Made by a program: the position numbers and the translations under genes | Shown here: in pieces, positions 28,111-29,742 of the stretch | How positions within the stretch are numbered: position 1 is the first letter of the stretch | How the letters are laid out: each line of letters begins with the position of its first letter | Notes under the pieces: generated by a model | What the model was told of the DNA's origin: nothing | The model's input: the letters and a program-made list of their open reading frames with translations, nothing else | Databases searched by the model: none | From: Nitrospinales bacterium | GTDB taxonomy: Bacteria > Nitrospinota > Nitrospinia > Nitrospinales > JAJDAT01 | DNA: 29,742 bases | NCBI GenBank assembly: GCA_046757665.1 | Contig: JBHHYO010000032.1 | Coordinates: 1-29,742, forward strand | Direction: 5' to 3'

Positions 28111-28758
28111 ATGGTTCAAGAATCCACAAACTCGCGCCGGTTTCCCAGCCGAAAGGCGATACTGAAACATTTTGACATGAAGGACCCGGTGATGGCCGGG
28201 GTCATCCGGGAATTTGGAGCGTTTCGCTTGAAAAGCAACAAAAATTATTTTGTCGTGCTGTGCAAGGCCATCATTGCCCAGCAAATTTCGACCCAGGCGG
28301 CGGATTCCATTAGCGATCGTTTTTTTCACTTGTTTGACGGGAAGTCTCCGACTCCGGCGAGGGTTCATGTTCTTACGGCGGATGCGTTGCGCGGGGTCGG
28401 TCTTTCCCGGCAGAAAGCCGCCTATTTGAAAGACCTCAGCCGCGGTTTCGTGGACCGATCCATCCGGCCGCACCGCTTGCCCTATCTGAGTAATGAGGAT
28501 GTGATCCGGCAGTTGACCGCCATTCACGGGATCGGCCGCTGGACGGCGGAAATGTTTTTGATCTTTTCCCTGAACCGGCTGGATGTGCTCCCCACCGGCG
28601 ACCTGGGGTTTCGTGCGGCGCTCAAAAACATTTATCGCATGAAAACCCTTCCATCCGTCAAAAGGGTAAGAAGTCTGGGTAAAAAATGGCATCCCTATGA
28701 AACCGTTGCAACCTGGTATGCCTGGCGGACCCTGGACCAGAACATCATTGCTTACTGA
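28111..28758 (+). CDS. DNA-3-methyladenine glycosylase II family (HhH-GPD, AlkA-like)
   Basis: AIIAQQIS, LRGVGLSRQKAAYL, LTAIHGIGRWTAEMFLIFSL, LPTGDLG (catalytic Asp), WHPYETVATWYAW. Confidence 0.93.
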   Translation: MVQESTNSRRFPSRKAILKHFDMKDPVMAGVIREFGAFRLKSNKNYFVVLCKAIIAQQISTQAADSISDRFFHLFDGKSPTPARVHVLTADALRGVGLSRQKAAYLKDLSRGFVDRSIRPHRLPYLSNEDVIRQLTAIHGIGRWTAEMFLIFSLNRLDVLPTGDLGFRAALKNIYRMKTLPSVKRVRSLGKKWHPYETVATWYAWRTLDQNIIAY

Positions 28759-28778
28759 ATCTTCAAAAGGACAACTCC

Positions 28779-29411
28779 ATGGATTTCATCAATGAGGATA
28801 TCGAGAATTACGCTTGCGATCACACCCAGGATGAAGGCGAACTTCTGCAACGCCTGAAAGACGAGACCTACGACAAGCTTGAAATACCGCAAATGCTTAC
28901 GGGGCGGATCGAAGGGCGGTTTCTCAAACTGTTGGCCTTGCTGGTCGATGCCCGGCGAATTGTGGAGGTGGGGACTTTCAGCGGATACGGTACGCTTTCC
29001 ATGGCCGAGGCGCTACCGGAGGATGGCCGGATTGTCACTTGTGAAATCGATCCTGTTGCTATTGCCTTTGCCCGCCGGTATTTTGCCGAAAGCAAGCATG
29101 GGAAAAAGATCGACCTGCGCGAAGGCCCGGCCCTGGAAACCCTTGAAACTCTTTCGGGGCCGTTCGACATGGCTTTCATCGACGCCGACAAGGAAAATTA
29201 TATTAATTATTACGAAGCCATTCTGCCCATGATGCGCCGGGGAGGATTGATTGCGGTTGATAATGTGTTGTGGGGGGGACGGGTTCTTGACCCGCAGGAA
29301 GCCTCCGACAAGGCCATCCATGCTTTTAACGAAAAAGTAAAAACCGATGCCCGCGTGGACCAAGTCATGCTGACGGTGCGCGACGGAATTTACTGTCTGC
29401 GAAAAAAATAG
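28779..29411 (+). CDS. Cation-dependent O-methyltransferase (COMT/CCoAOMT-like, Methyltransf_3)
   Basis: VEVGTFSGYG, FDMAFIDADKENY, GGLIAVDNVLWGG, LTVRDGI. Confidence 0.94.
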   Translation: MDFINEDIENYACDHTQDEGELLQRLKDETYDKLEIPQMLTGRIEGRFLKLLALLVDARRIVEVGTFSGYGTLSMAEALPEDGRIVTCEIDPVAIAFARRYFAESKHGKKIDLREGPALETLETLSGPFDMAFIDADKENYINYYEAILPMMRRGGLIAVDNVLWGGRVLDPQEASDKAIHAFNEKVKTDARVDQVMLTVRDGIYCLRKK

Positions 29412-29514
29412 CCGCCGCTCTCCCCGGGATTTCTTGCGCGGAAGCTCTGCCGAATTGTGATAGAATCCCGTGCTTATATCGGGCTTTGCCGGCAGTCGGC
29501 AAGGCATCATTAGC

Positions 29515-29662
29515 AGGACGCTGAAAAAGTCGGATTGAGGCGGTTTTTTTTAATGTCATGCTGAGCTTGTCGAAGCATGAACCTTATTTTAAAGGGCTTG
29601 CCACCCTTCGACAGGCTCAGGGTGACAATCTTATGCCCTTCACAGGACTTTTTCAGCGCCCT
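29515..29662. mobile_element. MITE-like element (148 bp): IS-like terminal inverted repeats enclosing a REP-like palindrome
   Basis: AGGACGCTGAAAAAGTC (29515-29531) and GACTTTTTCAGCGCCCT (29646-29662) match at 16/17 as inverted repeats. Internal arms TGTCATGCTGAGCTTGTCGAAG (29554-29575) and CTTCGACAGGCTCAGGGTGACA (29606-29627). No transposase and no clear target duplication. Confidence 0.72.
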
Positions 29663-29742
29663 TTTCTGAAAAAAGGAGTCAAGCAAATTAATTATCGCGT
29701 TCAAGCCATAAGCTTGAAAAATCTTTTGTGATTGATTCCCTT

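Noticed and set aside
29365..29704. Minus-strand ORFs 29365-29559 and 29510-29704
   Set aside because: Translations of the MITE/REP palindrome (VTLSLSKG, MLRQAQHD are typical of such repeats), not credible genes.

Overview
Bacterial chromosomal window, mostly GC-rich, with no rRNA, tRNA or CRISPR array seen. Gene style is reminiscent of Nitrospinota, which is my impression and unverified. Left end (1-2171, visibly more AT-rich): a type II restriction-modification cassette of Vsr endonuclease, C5-cytosine methyltransferase and an Eco29kI-like GIY-YIG endonuclease. The endonuclease is missing from the ORF track and runs off the window edge. Next is a minus-strand Fe-S operon (NifU-like gene, sufB, sufC, sufD, sufS), divergent from moaA, a larE-like gene and a small membrane protein gene. 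A four-gene signalling cluster follows: CHASE/GAF/PAS kinase, REC-kinase, single REC and REC-degenerate HD-GYP. Then come envelope genes (GT4, SGNH protein, GT2-GT9 fusion), a CheY-like gene, ferredoxin, DnaJ-type protein and TPR lipoprotein. The right part holds two O-methyltransferases, two 28-aa LRR proteins, a Cys-rich Sel1 protein, aroK and an AlkA-like glycosylase. Most notable observations: (1) two unrelated ~150-bp elements share one nested design, IS-like terminal inverted repeats around a REP-like GTCAT hairpin; (2) a structured ~100-nt moaA leader can sequester its Shine-Dalgarno; (3) the U-type scaffold domain lacks its canonical Cys ligands in a suf operon with no sufE/sufU; (4) two apparent pseudo-enzyme domains (HD-GYP, GT2). 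None can be called a proven new system from sequence alone.
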